DNA from: Pseudomonadota bacterium
Lineage (GTDB): Bacteria; Pseudomonadota; Gammaproteobacteria; Steroidobacterales; Steroidobacteraceae
Assembly (NCBI GenBank): GCA_025357635.1
Contig: JANXOV010000115.1
Coordinates: 4,471-68,470, forward strand
Length of the DNA stretch: 64,000 nucleotides
Reading direction: 5' to 3'
In this document: positions 27,968-36,319 of the stretch, one piece after another
Position numbering within the stretch: the first letter of the stretch is position 1
How the letters are laid out: every line of letters starts with the position of its first letter
Program-made: the position numbers and the translations under genes
Notes under the pieces: model-generated
The model's input: only the letters and a program-made list of their open reading frames with translations
What the model was told of the DNA's origin: nothing
Databases searched by the model: none

Positions 27968-28004
27968 ATAGAATGACTCTATCGAGTTCATAAACTCTAT
28001 TCAT
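27968..28004 (+). promoter_or_regulatory. Putative OxyR binding site upstream of ahpC
   Basis: ATAG-aatgact-CTAT-cgagttc-ATAA-actctat-TCAT compares with the OxyR consensus ATAG-N7-CTAT-N7-ATAG-N7-CTAT. Three of the four tetrads are good. It ends 67 nt before the ahpC ATG. Confidence 0.45.
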
Positions 28005-28071
28005 TTCATATATAGGTACGACATCCGCATACTCCTAGCCTGTTTCAAACCATGCCGCCGAGGATTTTCAA

Positions 28072-28635
28072 ATGTCTCTGATCAATACCGAGGTCAAGCC
28101 TTTCAAGGCTACCGCCTATCACAATGGCAAATTCGTTCCCGTCACCAGCGATGACCTGAAGAACAAGTGGTCGGTCGTGGTGTTCTATCCTGCCGATTTC
28201 ACTTTCGTCTGCCCGACGGAGCTGGGAGATCTGGCCGACAACTACGCCGAATTCAAGAAGCTGGGCGTGGAAATCTACGGCGTTTCCACCGATACGCATT
28301 TCACACACAAGGCGTGGCATGACACCTCCGACACCATCAAGAAGGTCCAGTACCCGCTGGTGGCGGATCCCACGCTGGCCATTTCCCGGAATTTTGAAGT
28401 GCTGATCGAAGAGGAAGGTCTGGCGTATCGCGGCACCTTCGTCATCGATCCAGCCGGCAAGATCAAGATCATCGAAGTGCATGACAACGGCATCGGTCGC
28501 GACGCCAAGGAATTGCTGCGCAAGGTTCAGGCAGCGCAGTACGTCGCCTCGCACCCGGGCGAAGTGTGCCCCGCCAAGTGGACGCCAGGCGCGAAGACGC
28601 TGGCACCCTCGCTGGACCTCGTCGGAAAGATCTGA
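28072..28635 (+). CDS. ahpC: Alkyl hydroperoxide reductase subunit C (2-Cys peroxiredoxin)
   Basis: 187 aa. [16 protein letters not shown]..., the peroxidatic FTFVCPTE and the resolving EVCPAKW motifs are present. Confidence 0.95.
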   Translation: MSLINTEVKPFKATAYHNGKFVPVTSDDLKNKWSVVVFYPADFTFVCPTELGDLADNYAEFKKLGVEIYGVSTDTHFTHKAWHDTSDTIKKVQYPLVADPTLAISRNFEVLIEEEGLAYRGTFVIDPAGKIKIIEVHDNGIGRDAKELLRKVQAAQYVASHPGEVCPAKWTPGAKTLAPSLDLVGKI

Positions 28636-28668
28636 TCGCACTGCAACGGATCGTGTTAGTTGACAATG

Positions 28669-28698
28669 CCGCGCCGGGAATCAGGATTCCCGGCGCGG
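28669..28698 (+). other. Perfect 13-bp stem-loop between ahpC and ahpF
   Basis: ccgcgccgggaat-cagg-attcccggcgcgg. No T-run follows, so it is more likely an intercistronic attenuator or RNA-stability element than a full terminator. Confidence 0.6.
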
Positions 28699-28719
28699 GA
28701 CAGCGCAGAGGATGAACCC

Positions 28720-30282
28720 ATGTTGGACGCCAATCTCAAGACGCAATTGCAGGGCTATCTGCAGCGATTGATGCACACAGTCGAAATCATCGCTTCCGTC
28801 GACGACGCCGATTCCTCGCGTGAGATGCTCGAATTGCTGGGCGAGGTGGCCTCGACCTCCGACAAACTAAAGCTGGTCGTGCAGCGCGATGATGCTGAGC
28901 GGAGACCTTCCTTTGCATTGCGCGCGCCGGGCACGGATGCGCGCGTGCGCTTCGCCGGATTGCCCGTGGGTCACGAATTCACCTCGCTGATTCTGGCGCT
29001 TCTGCAGGTTGGCGGTCACCCGCCAAAGGCCGATACCGCGTTACTTGACCAGATCCGCGCGCTCGAGGGCGATTGCCTCTTCGAGACCTATATTTCTTTG
29101 AGCTGCCAGATCTGCCCAGACGTGGTGCAGGCGCTGAATGTGATGGCGGCGCTGAATCCCAAGGTGCGCCACACCATGATCGACGGCTCCTTGTTTCAAG
29201 CCGAGATCGAGCAGCGGCAAATCATGGCCGTACCCACCGTGTTCCTGAACGGGAAGCCCTTCGGCCAGGGTCGTATGGAATTGGCGGAAATCGTCAGCAA
29301 ACTGGATGTGGGCGTCGCGCAACGCGAATCGCAATCCATGAGCGCCAAGCAGCCCTTTGACATGCTGGTCATCGGCGGTGGTCCGGCCGGCGCGGCTGCG
29401 GCCATCTACGCAGCGCGCAAGGGCATCCGCACCGGCATCGCCGCTGAACGCTTCGGCGGTCAACTGCTCGACACGATGGGTGTGGAGAATTTCATCACCG
29501 TCAAGGAAACCGAAGGCCCACGCCTCGCGCAGGGCCTGGAGCAGCACGTCAAAAGCTATGACGTGGACATCATGAATCTGCAACGCGCGGAAAGCCTGAT
29601 CCCCGGCGACCTCATCGAACTGCGCTTCACGGGCGGTGCTTCATTGAAAGCAAAATCAGTGGTGATCGCCACCGGCGCACGCTGGCGCGAAATCAACGTG
29701 CCCGGCGAGCGCGAGTACCGCAATCGCGGTGTGGCCTACTGCCCGCATTGCGATGGCCCTTTATTCAAGGGCAAGCGCGTCGCCGTGATCGGCGGCGGCA
29801 ACTCCGGTGTCGAGGCCGCCATCGACCTCGCGGGCATCGTTGCGCACGTGACGCTGATTGAATATGACGCGCAGCTGCGCGCCGACGCGGTGCTGGTACG
29901 CAAGTTGAACAGCCTGCCCAATGTCAGCATCATCACCAGCGCCCAGACGACGCAGGTCAGCGGTGACGGTCAGCGAGTTACCAGCCTTCATTACAAAGAC
30001 CGGCAAGGCGGCGAGTCGCGAAACCTCGAGCTCGCAGGCGTGTTCGTTCAAATCGGATTGGTGCCGAACACCGACTGGCTCAAAGGAACCGTCAAGCTGT
30101 CATCGCGCGGAGAAATCGAAGTCGATGCGCGCGGCCAGACTTCAGTGCCCGGCGTGTTCGCTGCCGGTGACTGCACGGTCGTTCCGTACAAGCAGATCGT
30201 CATCGCCGTGGGAGAAGGCGCCAAGGCCTCCTTAAGCGCCTTCGATCATCTGATCCGCTCACCGCTGTCGGTCGCTGCCTAG
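28720..30282 (+). CDS. ahpF: Alkyl hydroperoxide reductase subunit F
   Basis: [14 protein letters not shown]... is the typical AhpF start. It has an N-terminal thioredoxin-like CxxC (SCQICPD), an FAD/NADH domain and a redox CPHCDG. Start set to ATG 28720. Confidence 0.9.
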   Translation: MLDANLKTQLQGYLQRLMHTVEIIASVDDADSSREMLELLGEVASTSDKLKLVVQRDDAERRPSFALRAPGTDARVRFAGLPVGHEFTSLILALLQVGGHPPKADTALLDQIRALEGDCLFETYISLSCQICPDVVQALNVMAALNPKVRHTMIDGSLFQAEIEQRQIMAVPTVFLNGKPFGQGRMELAEIVSKLDVGVAQRESQSMSAKQPFDMLVIGGGPAGAAAAIYAARKGIRTGIAAERFGGQLLDTMGVENFITVKETEGPRLAQGLEQHVKSYDVDIMNLQRAESLIPGDLIELRFTGGASLKAKSVVIATGARWREINVPGEREYRNRGVAYCPHCDGPLFKGKRVAVIGGGNSGVEAAIDLAGIVAHVTLIEYDAQLRADAVLVRKLNSLPNVSIITSAQTTQVSGDGQRVTSLHYKDRQGGESRNLELAGVFVQIGLVPNTDWLKGTVKLSSRGEIEVDARGQTSVPGVFAAGDCTVVPYKQIVIAVGEGAKASLSAFDHLIRSPLSVAA

Positions 30283-30618
30283 ATCGCATTGCGATCCTGC
30301 GCCGGTTTCCGCCCGGCACACCGCCCCAGGCAGGACAGAACATAACGAACACGCTGAACCCGAGCAGGCCGATGCGCTTGACCTGGCCGCGATAGGTGTC
30401 GAGCAGAAACGCGATCTTCTGACCAGCGCCTGCAGCTCGGCCGAACTTGGTTGGGCAATATGACGCAACACGGGCGCGGACGCTCACACAGCACCTCCTC
30501 TGCCAAAAGCGCTGGCGGCGGCGAGCATGGCGCGGGTCTCGGATGCCGACAGGGACCGTGCAGGCTACGCACACGCGAGTGGCGTCAGATGGAGTGAGCA
30601 CCACGGTACCGACTGCGG

Positions 30619-30765
30619 TCACGCCGGCAGGAGAACGGCGCCGTTGGTGTGCCGCTCCAACTGACACCAGGCGGTGACAACCTCGCGGTTGAGTGGTGCA
30701 TAGAGATGTGGGAACAGCTGCCCGTGCCGGGAAGGCTCCCAACGAACCGCGTCGCCGAGGGCCGC
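30619..30765 (-). pseudogene. 3' fragment of a DUF952-family gene
   Basis: The minus-strand reading is ...LGDAVRWEPSRHGQLFPHLYAPLNREVVTAWCQLERHTNGAVLLPA*. (VRWEPSR.G.LFPHLYGPL is the conserved DUF952 C-terminal motif.) No N-terminal half or start exists; the upstream sequence is the 3' end of the 209-aa gene. Confidence 0.6.
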
Positions 30766-30781
30766 CGCCCCTCTCTCGGCG

Positions 30782-31411
30782 CTACTTACCGGGCGCGGGA
30801 GTCGGCGTGAACGTCCAAGTCCACCCGGCCTTGTGGACGATGAGTGATTTCCTGTCTGCTGAAATGCTCAGGTCCTTCGATCCGGAGACCGGCATGGCAA
30901 GCATCACGGGAGAGGGCACAACCAGTTCTTCAGGGCGCGTGCGGACCTTTGCGGGTACGGGTTTGCGGCTCGCAGTGCAATTTTGCGCGATTTCCACCAC
31001 AGGGTAAGTTGTTTTAACCTGCAGCTCGAGTGCGCCTGCGTTGCCGTCCATGACCCCCAGAAGATCCCAGTGTTCGTACTCTCCCTTGAGCACGGGCGGA
31101 AGGCAGGCGGGTTCCCGATCGCGCAACTTCGTCAGCGCGGTCTTCGTGTTCTGAAAGGTCGGTGTGCCCACGAGCTTCGACTCCGAGAGCTTCCATGTCA
31201 GATCAATGACAACGTGATCCGTGACGTCTGCAAGTCCGGACCCGTCGCTGGCGATATAGGTTGGGCTCTGGTACGCGCCAACGATGTGGTATCGAAGGAC
31301 ATCGGACTCAGTCAGGCGGATCATCTCCTCCGGATCCATTTCTTGAGCCCATGATGAAGCCGTGTTAAGGGTGAACAGAAGGCTCCAGATCATCAGTCGG
31401 CGCATAAACAT
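30782..31411 (-). CDS. Secreted protein of unknown function
   Basis: 209 aa with the signal peptide MFMRRLMIWSLLFTLNTASSWAQE. I recognise no family. An internal roughly 100-bp piece is duplicated at 18299-18399. Confidence 0.6.
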   Translation of the reverse strand: MFMRRLMIWSLLFTLNTASSWAQEMDPEEMIRLTESDVLRYHIVGAYQSPTYIASDGSGLADVTDHVVIDLTWKLSESKLVGTPTFQNTKTALTKLRDREPACLPPVLKGEYEHWDLLGVMDGNAGALELQVKTTYPVVEIAQNCTASRKPVPAKVRTRPEELVVPSPVMLAMPVSGSKDLSISADRKSLIVHKAGWTWTFTPTPAPGK

Positions 31412-31510
31412 GTCGTCCTCTGAGCGGTGGTTGGCCGAATTGTACGTTCAAACGCAGTGGCAAAGTGTGTGGACAGGCGCGCAATAGCGAGTGCGCCCCG
31501 TGCTCCAGGA

Positions 31511-31668
31511 CTACATTTCCATACCGAGCATGCCACCCATGCCGCCGCCCGCAGGGCCGCCGTGTGAGTGCTCGTCGTCCTTCGGTGATTCCGCGATCAT
31601 GTCGCCGTAGTCACCGGTGGCCGCGTTGTAGCCGAACGTGCCCTTGCCCTCGCGGACGCGGTTCAACA
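31511..31668 (-). pseudogene. Relic of the 3' end of a second groEL copy
   Basis: The minus-strand reading is [51 protein letters not shown]. The intact GroEL at 39182 has ...[29 protein letters not shown]...[33 protein letters not shown]. Relative to it, 96 nt (32 codons) are missing. Confidence 0.85.
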
Positions 31669-32061
31669 GCCTGCTCGAGAGCAAGCATCGTTAGAATGGC
31701 TGATGGTCGCGGGGGACTGGTCGATTGCACCCAGCGTCAGACCGATTCGGTGCAGCACCTGCTGCTGCAGGGTATCGGAAATCGTGCCGAGTCTCGTTGC
31801 GTCAGTCCCATTGATCGTGGCGATTTTCGCCGGGCGAATCACCGACGGCGCCGGCAGGCCCGCGCGCGTGAGGGTGGTTATCGCAACGTCACCCGGCCAA
31901 CCGCGGCTTTCAGCGCCCGTGACCATGACCACCCACACGAAGTTGTGAGCCTCTTCCAGGTTTGGGCTCGACACGACGAGTGCAGGACGGAACTGGCGTG
32001 TGGAGCGATCCGTAAATGGAAACGGAGCCTTGACGATATCGCCCTGGCTAAAGATCGCCAT
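31663..32061 (-). CDS. PemK/MazF-family type II toxin
   Basis: 132 aa. GDIVKAPFPFTDRSTRQFRPALVVS... is the MazF/PemK N-terminal signature. Its last codons and stop lie inside the groEL-derived relic. Confidence 0.75.
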   Translation of the reverse strand: MAIFSQGDIVKAPFPFTDRSTRQFRPALVVSSPNLEEAHNFVWVVMVTGAESRGWPGDVAITTLTRAGLPAPSVIRPAKIATINGTDATRLGTISDTLQQQVLHRIGLTLGAIDQSPATISHSNDACSRAGC

Positions 32062-32281
32062 ACGCCTTGCGGTCTGCGGCCGAGTTCCACTCGCCGAACG
32101 TCCGGAACGGGTCGTCTCCCTCTGAACGTTGACGCGCCTTCTTCAGGATCACCTGATCTTCGCGGATCTCATAGACGAATTCGTCGCCTTGCTTGAGCTT
32201 CAGCGCAGAACGGATGGGCTGTGGGATGGTCGCTGCAAAGCCGCTGCGGTCCGGACAAGCCAGGGGTTGGTACCTGCGATT
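32048..32281 (-). CDS. AbrB/MazE/PrlF-type antitoxin frame with no canonical start codon (possibly truncated or frameshifted)
   Basis: The open frame reads ...DRSGFAATIPQPIRSALKLKQGDEFVYEIREDQVILKKARQRSEGDDPFRTFGEWNSAADRKAYGDL*. It has a SpoVT/AbrB-like looped-hinge motif and overlaps the toxin start by 14 nt. The frame is closed by TGA at 32282-32284 and holds no ATG, GTG or TTG before the DNA-binding motif. Confidence 0.5.
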   Translation of the reverse strand, partial: NRRYQPLACPDRSGFAATIPQPIRSALKLKQGDEFVYEIREDQVILKKARQRSEGDDPFRTFGEWNSAADRKAYGDL

Positions 32282-32367
32282 TCACGGCTGGAAATACAGT
32301 CGCCGGGCAGGCGCACATTGGCGCCCGAACGTGGCATGGTGCCGGCGTGAAGTTCGCTGTTCGCTGG

Positions 32368-33078
32368 TTACAAACGGCGGGCTGCGGCGGCGAGTCGGAT
32401 CGAATCGGCAGACTCCACGTCGTAAACCCGACTCGCCTCCCAAGCCTTGCCCGCCCACTCCCGTGCACCGGCGGCGTCGCCGCTTTGCCGAAGGGCGGCG
32501 CTGCGCACCAGCCAAATGCGCGGCTGAATGCGAATGTCATAGAAGCCCTGAGCGTGGTCCAGGTCCGCCAGAGCCTGGCGACTTTCACCGAGCGCGCGGG
32601 CGATATCGCCGCGGGCCAGCGCCACGCACGCAAGGCCCGCATGCGCCTGCGCCGCTTCGATCCAGGGCCGATTGCCGGCTTGTGTCACGCGGAATGCGAA
32701 CTCCGTTTCCGCCGCGTCGAAATCTGGCTGGCCCGGCACCGCATGGTCCAACAGAAAACGCGCCCACCGTTCGCGCACCTGTAGCGCGGCCTGGGCGTCC
32801 AGCTTCTCGTTTTTGATGACTTCGTCGCGTGCGGCACCGAGCATTCCTCTCGCGTCCTTAAGCCGGCCCACCTGATCGTAGGCATCGCCCATCCTGAGAT
32901 AGAGTTCTCGCAAACTGTACCCCTCCGGAGCATGAGACAGGTAGGCGCGATGGGCTTCCTCGAACAGGGGAATCGCCTCTGCGGGACGTCCCTCGGCGGT
33001 GAGACAGGCGGCATACAGTTGACGCATGTAGCTGACCAGATCGTCCCGCTTCCAATCCGTCGGCATCCCCTCGATCAT
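32368..33078 (-). CDS. TPR-like repeat protein, possibly a 5'-truncated remnant
   Basis: This is the 236-aa portion from ATG 33078 (MIEGMPTDWKRDD...), with repeated A/L/Y/G-rich helical-pair motifs. The N-terminal 101 codons of the track ORF overlap fdsD out of frame and are rejected. Confidence 0.4.
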   Translation of the reverse strand: MIEGMPTDWKRDDLVSYMRQLYAACLTAEGRPAEAIPLFEEAHRAYLSHAPEGYSLRELYLRMGDAYDQVGRLKDARGMLGAARDEVIKNEKLDAQAALQVRERWARFLLDHAVPGQPDFDAAETEFAFRVTQAGNRPWIEAAQAHAGLACVALARGDIARALGESRQALADLDHAQGFYDIRIQPRIWLVRSAALRQSGDAAGAREWAGKAWEASRVYDVESADSIRLAAAARRL

Positions 33079-33121
33079 CGACGCGAAGATCCGATCCGCC
33101 GCCTCGCGCCCGCGCTGCCGC

Positions 33122-33412
33122 TCAGGCCTGCGGGGGCCCGTAATAGCCGCGCTTTTGCTGCGCGGGTTCGACGAGCAGTTTCGCGCCCGCAAGCACATGC
33201 GGCGCAAGCCCCGCTCCGCCGGCCGCGACGTGCACGAGCAGCTGCTCGCGCATGCGGGGGTCCCAATACGTGCGCAGGTGATTGCGAATGCCTTCGGCGC
33301 GGCGCTCAGTCGGATAGGGAGCAAAGAAGTCACCGATCTGATTGGCCATGCCGATGATGCGTTCGAGGTCCATGACCTCACCGGGCGCGACCGGCGCGTG
33401 CGCTGTGGTCAT
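33122..33412 (-). CDS. fdsD: Formate dehydrogenase delta subunit (FdsD-like)
   Basis: 96 aa from ATG 33412. LERIIGMANQIGDFFAPYPTERRAEGIRNHLRTYWDPRMR is typical of FdsD. Its ATG overlaps the fdsA stop as ATGA. Confidence 0.75.
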   Translation of the reverse strand: MTTAHAPVAPGEVMDLERIIGMANQIGDFFAPYPTERRAEGIRNHLRTYWDPRMREQLLVHVAAGGAGLAPHVLAGAKLLVEPAQQKRGYYGPPQA

Positions 33413-35562
33413 CACGCCGTGGTCCCCATGGCCGGCTCGTGCACCTGCACCGGCGTGGCGGCGGCGCGGCCTTGCGGCGCAATCACGCGCAAGACCTCCA
33501 CCGCCGTGACCTTGTACTCGGGGCAATTGGTGGCCCAGTCGGACAGATCGGAGGTCACCGCATTCGCCTTGGAAGCGACATGGTGAAAGGTCGTATAGAC
33601 GACGCCGGGATTGACCCGGGTCGACAGCCGCGCGCGTAGTTCGGTCTGACCGAAGCGGCTGGTCACGGTCACCCAGTCGCCATCCTTGATGCCGCGGATG
33701 GCGGCATCTTCGGCATGGATGTCGAGCAGGTCTTCCGGATGCCAGCGCGAATTCGGCGTGCGGCGCGTCTGAGTGCCGACGTTGTACTGAGTGAGGATGC
33801 GCCCCGTGGTCAGCAGCAGCGGATATTGCTCCGACACCCGCTCGCGCGTCGGCACGTATTCGGTGAGCATAAAGGTGCCGCGGCCATTGGCGCGTGGAAA
33901 GCGCTCGCGGTGCAGCACTTCCGTGCCTTCCGGTGCATTCTCATCGCAGGGCCATTGCGCCGAACCCACGCGGTCGATGAGCTTGAAACTCATGCCACGG
34001 TAGGCTGGCGACAACCGGGCAATCTCATCGAGGATTTCCGCCGGATCCGCATACACAACCGGATAACCCATGGCATTCATCAGCTTGACCGTCACTTCCC
34101 AGTCCTGGTAGCCGGCGGGGGGCTCGACCACCTTGCGCACCCGGCTGACCCGGCGTTCGGCGTTGGTGAAAGTGCCGTCCTTTTCCAGCGACGATGACCC
34201 GGGCAGGAACACATGCGCGTACTTGGATGTTTCGTTCAGGAAAAGATCGTGCAGCACCACGCATTCCATGCTCTTCAGCGCGGCGATGACGTGCTGTTGA
34301 TTCGGATCGCTCTGCACCGGGTCCTCGCCCATGATGTACATGCCCTTGAACGCTCCGGCCACGGCCGCGTCGAACATGTTCGGCAGCCGCAATCCCGGCT
34401 CGGCATCCAGGCTGACGCCCCATTCCTTTTCAAAGCTGGCGCGCGTCTCCGGATCGGTGACGAAACGATAGCCGCTGAACACATGCGGCCAGCTTCCCAG
34501 ACAGCTTCCGCCCTGCACATTGCCCTGGCCTCGCAGCGGGTTCACGCCCACGCCCTCGCGGCCATACATGCCGCAGGCCAGCGCGAGGTTGCCAAGACAC
34601 ATCACGCCGGTGGAGCCTTGCGAATGCTCGGTCACACCCAGCCCGTAGTACACGGTGCTGCGCGGGCCCGCCGCGTACAGCCGGGCGGCGCGGCGAATGT
34701 CATCTGGCGCCACACCAGCCAGCGGGCCGACCACTTCGGGCGCGTAACGGTCGGAGCCGACCAGCGCCGCCCAGGGCTCGAACTCGCTGAATTCGCACCG
34801 CGCCTTCACGAAGGACTCATCGTAGAGGCGCTCCCGCACCACGACATGCGCCAGGCTGTTGAGGATGGCGACATTGGTGCCGGGACGAATCGCCAGATGA
34901 ATGTCCGCCGCGCAATGCGGTGATCTGACGGTTTCCGTGCGGCGCGGATCGATGACGATCAGCGTTGCGCCCTGGCGCACCCGCCGCTTCATCATCGAGC
35001 CGAACACCGGATGGCCCTCGGTGGGGTTGGCGCCGATCACCATGATCACATCGGCCTGCAACACCGAGTCGAAATGCTGGCTGGCCGCGCCCCAGCCGAC
35101 GGTGGAGGTCAGCCCAAACTGCGTGGGCGAGTGGCAAATGCGCGCGCAATTGTCGATGTTGTTGTTGCCCAGCACGGCGCGCGCGAACTTCTGCACCAGG
35201 AAGATTTCCTCATTGGTGCAGCGTGAGCTCGACACCGCGCCGATGGATTTGCGGCCATTGCTGGATTGGATGCTGCGGAACCGGCTGGCGACATGCGCGA
35301 ACGCTTCCTCCCAGCTCGCCGGTCGCCAGGCATCTTCGATGGAGTCGCGCAGCAGCGGCGTGCGCACGCGGTCGGGGTGATCATTGTACTGATAGGCGAA
35401 CCGGCCCTTGATGCAGCTGTGCCCGTGATTGGCCTTGCCCTGCTTCCAGGGTGCCATGCGCACGATACGCCCGTTGCGCGTTTCGGCCTTGAATCCGCAG
35501 CCTACCCCGCAATACGCGCAGGTAGTGACGACCGAGCAGTCAGGTTTGATTGGATTCGGCAC
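33412..35562 (-). CDS. fdsA: Formate dehydrogenase alpha subunit, molybdopterin part (C-terminal segment of a split fdsA)
   Basis: ...SVVTTCAYCGVGCGF...HGHSCIKGRF... is followed by MGD-binding domains. The only plausible independent start is GTG 35560-35562, with AGGGGA 8 nt upstream. The track ATG at 35655 would give an Arg-rich out-of-frame overlap. Confidence 0.75.
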   Translation of the reverse strand: MPNPIKPDCSVVTTCAYCGVGCGFKAETRNGRIVRMAPWKQGKANHGHSCIKGRFAYQYNDHPDRVRTPLLRDSIEDAWRPASWEEAFAHVASRFRSIQSSNGRKSIGAVSSSRCTNEEIFLVQKFARAVLGNNNIDNCARICHSPTQFGLTSTVGWGAASQHFDSVLQADVIMVIGANPTEGHPVFGSMMKRRVRQGATLIVIDPRRTETVRSPHCAADIHLAIRPGTNVAILNSLAHVVVRERLYDESFVKARCEFSEFEPWAALVGSDRYAPEVVGPLAGVAPDDIRRAARLYAAGPRSTVYYGLGVTEHSQGSTGVMCLGNLALACGMYGREGVGVNPLRGQGNVQGGSCLGSWPHVFSGYRFVTDPETRASFEKEWGVSLDAEPGLRLPNMFDAAVAGAFKGMYIMGEDPVQSDPNQQHVIAALKSMECVVLHDLFLNETSKYAHVFLPGSSSLEKDGTFTNAERRVSRVRKVVEPPAGYQDWEVTVKLMNAMGYPVVYADPAEILDEIARLSPAYRGMSFKLIDRVGSAQWPCDENAPEGTEVLHRERFPRANGRGTFMLTEYVPTRERVSEQYPLLLTTGRILTQYNVGTQTRRTPNSRWHPEDLLDIHAEDAAIRGIKDGDWVTVTSRFGQTELRARLSTRVNPGVVYTTFHHVASKANAVTSDLSDWATNCPEYKVTAVEVLRVIAPQGRAAATPVQVHEPAMGTTA

Positions 35563-36319
35563 GCGTGTAATCCCCTTCAAACAAACTCTTCTCGACCAGC
35601 GCGTGCGACGGGCAGGCCTGCACGCAGGCGCCACAGCTGACGCATTCGGATTCAAAGAACGACTGATCCTGTCCCGCCGCCACCTTGGAGGCGAACCCGC
35701 GGCCGGAAATCGTCAGCGCGAAGGTGCCCTGCACTTCCTGGCAGGCGCGCACGCAGCGGCTGCACACGATGCACTTGGAGGGATCGAACAAGAAGTAAGG
35801 GTTCGACGCATCGACGGGGGCATCGAAGTGGTTTTCACCAGCGCCGTAAGGATGCGAATTGACCTCCTCGGCTTTCAACACCTCGTGCAGTTCACTCCAG
35901 CCGCCGGGGATCTCGCCGGGCGGGAAGTCCGACAGGTAAAGCTGCAGGACATTGCGGCGCAAGCGGCTCACGGTGGGTGTGCGGGTGCGCACTTCCATAC
36001 CTTCCGCGACCACGGTGGTGCAGCTTGCCGGATAACCCTGGCGGCCCTCGATCTCCACCAGACAGACCCGGCAACTGCCGTAGGGTTCGAGCAGATCGGT
36101 GGCGCACAGCTTGGGAATGGAGCGCCCGGCATGCGCCGCCGCCAGCATGATCGAGCTGCCGGCCGGCACGGTCACCGCAACCCCGTCCACTCTCAAAGAA
36201 ACCGGGGGGCCCTCGCGAGGAGGGGTGCCCACATCGATGGCATCGCGCAGGTTTCGAACTTCCGACCACATCGTCTTTATATCCTCGGCAAAGTGCTGCC
36301 CTGCGGCGGGCATGGTCAA
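35540..36319 (-). CDS. fdsA: Formate dehydrogenase alpha subunit, N-terminal Fe-S part (2Fe-2S plus 4Fe-4S ferredoxin-like segment of a split fdsA)
   Basis: 259 aa with SCRVCLVEIEG (2Fe-2S), CIVCSRCVRAC and CVSCGACVQACP (4Fe-4S). It ends ...ALVEKSLFEGDYTRAESNQT* where single-chain FdsA proteins continue into the TTCAYCGVGC motif. Confidence 0.75.
   Translation of the reverse strand: MTMPAAGQHFAEDIKTMWSEVRNLRDAIDVGTPPREGPPVSLRVDGVAVTVPAGSSIMLAAAHAGRSIPKLCATDLLEPYGSCRVCLVEIEGRQGYPASCTTVVAEGMEVRTRTPTVSRLRRNVLQLYLSDFPPGEIPGGWSELHEVLKAEEVNSHPYGAGENHFDAPVDASNPYFLFDPSKCIVCSRCVRACQEVQGTFALTISGRGFASKVAAGQDQSFFESECVSCGACVQACPSHALVEKSLFEGDYTRAESNQT

Noticed and set aside
30283-30618. Minus-strand frame ...GQKIAFLLDTYRGQVKRIGLLGFSVFVMF..., reminiscent of an alpha/beta-hydrolase nucleophile elbow
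   Set aside because: There is no proper GxSxG and no start. It is embedded in a 180-aa Arg-rich track ORF (30200..30742) that overlaps ahpF and the DUF952 relic. The evidence is insufficient.
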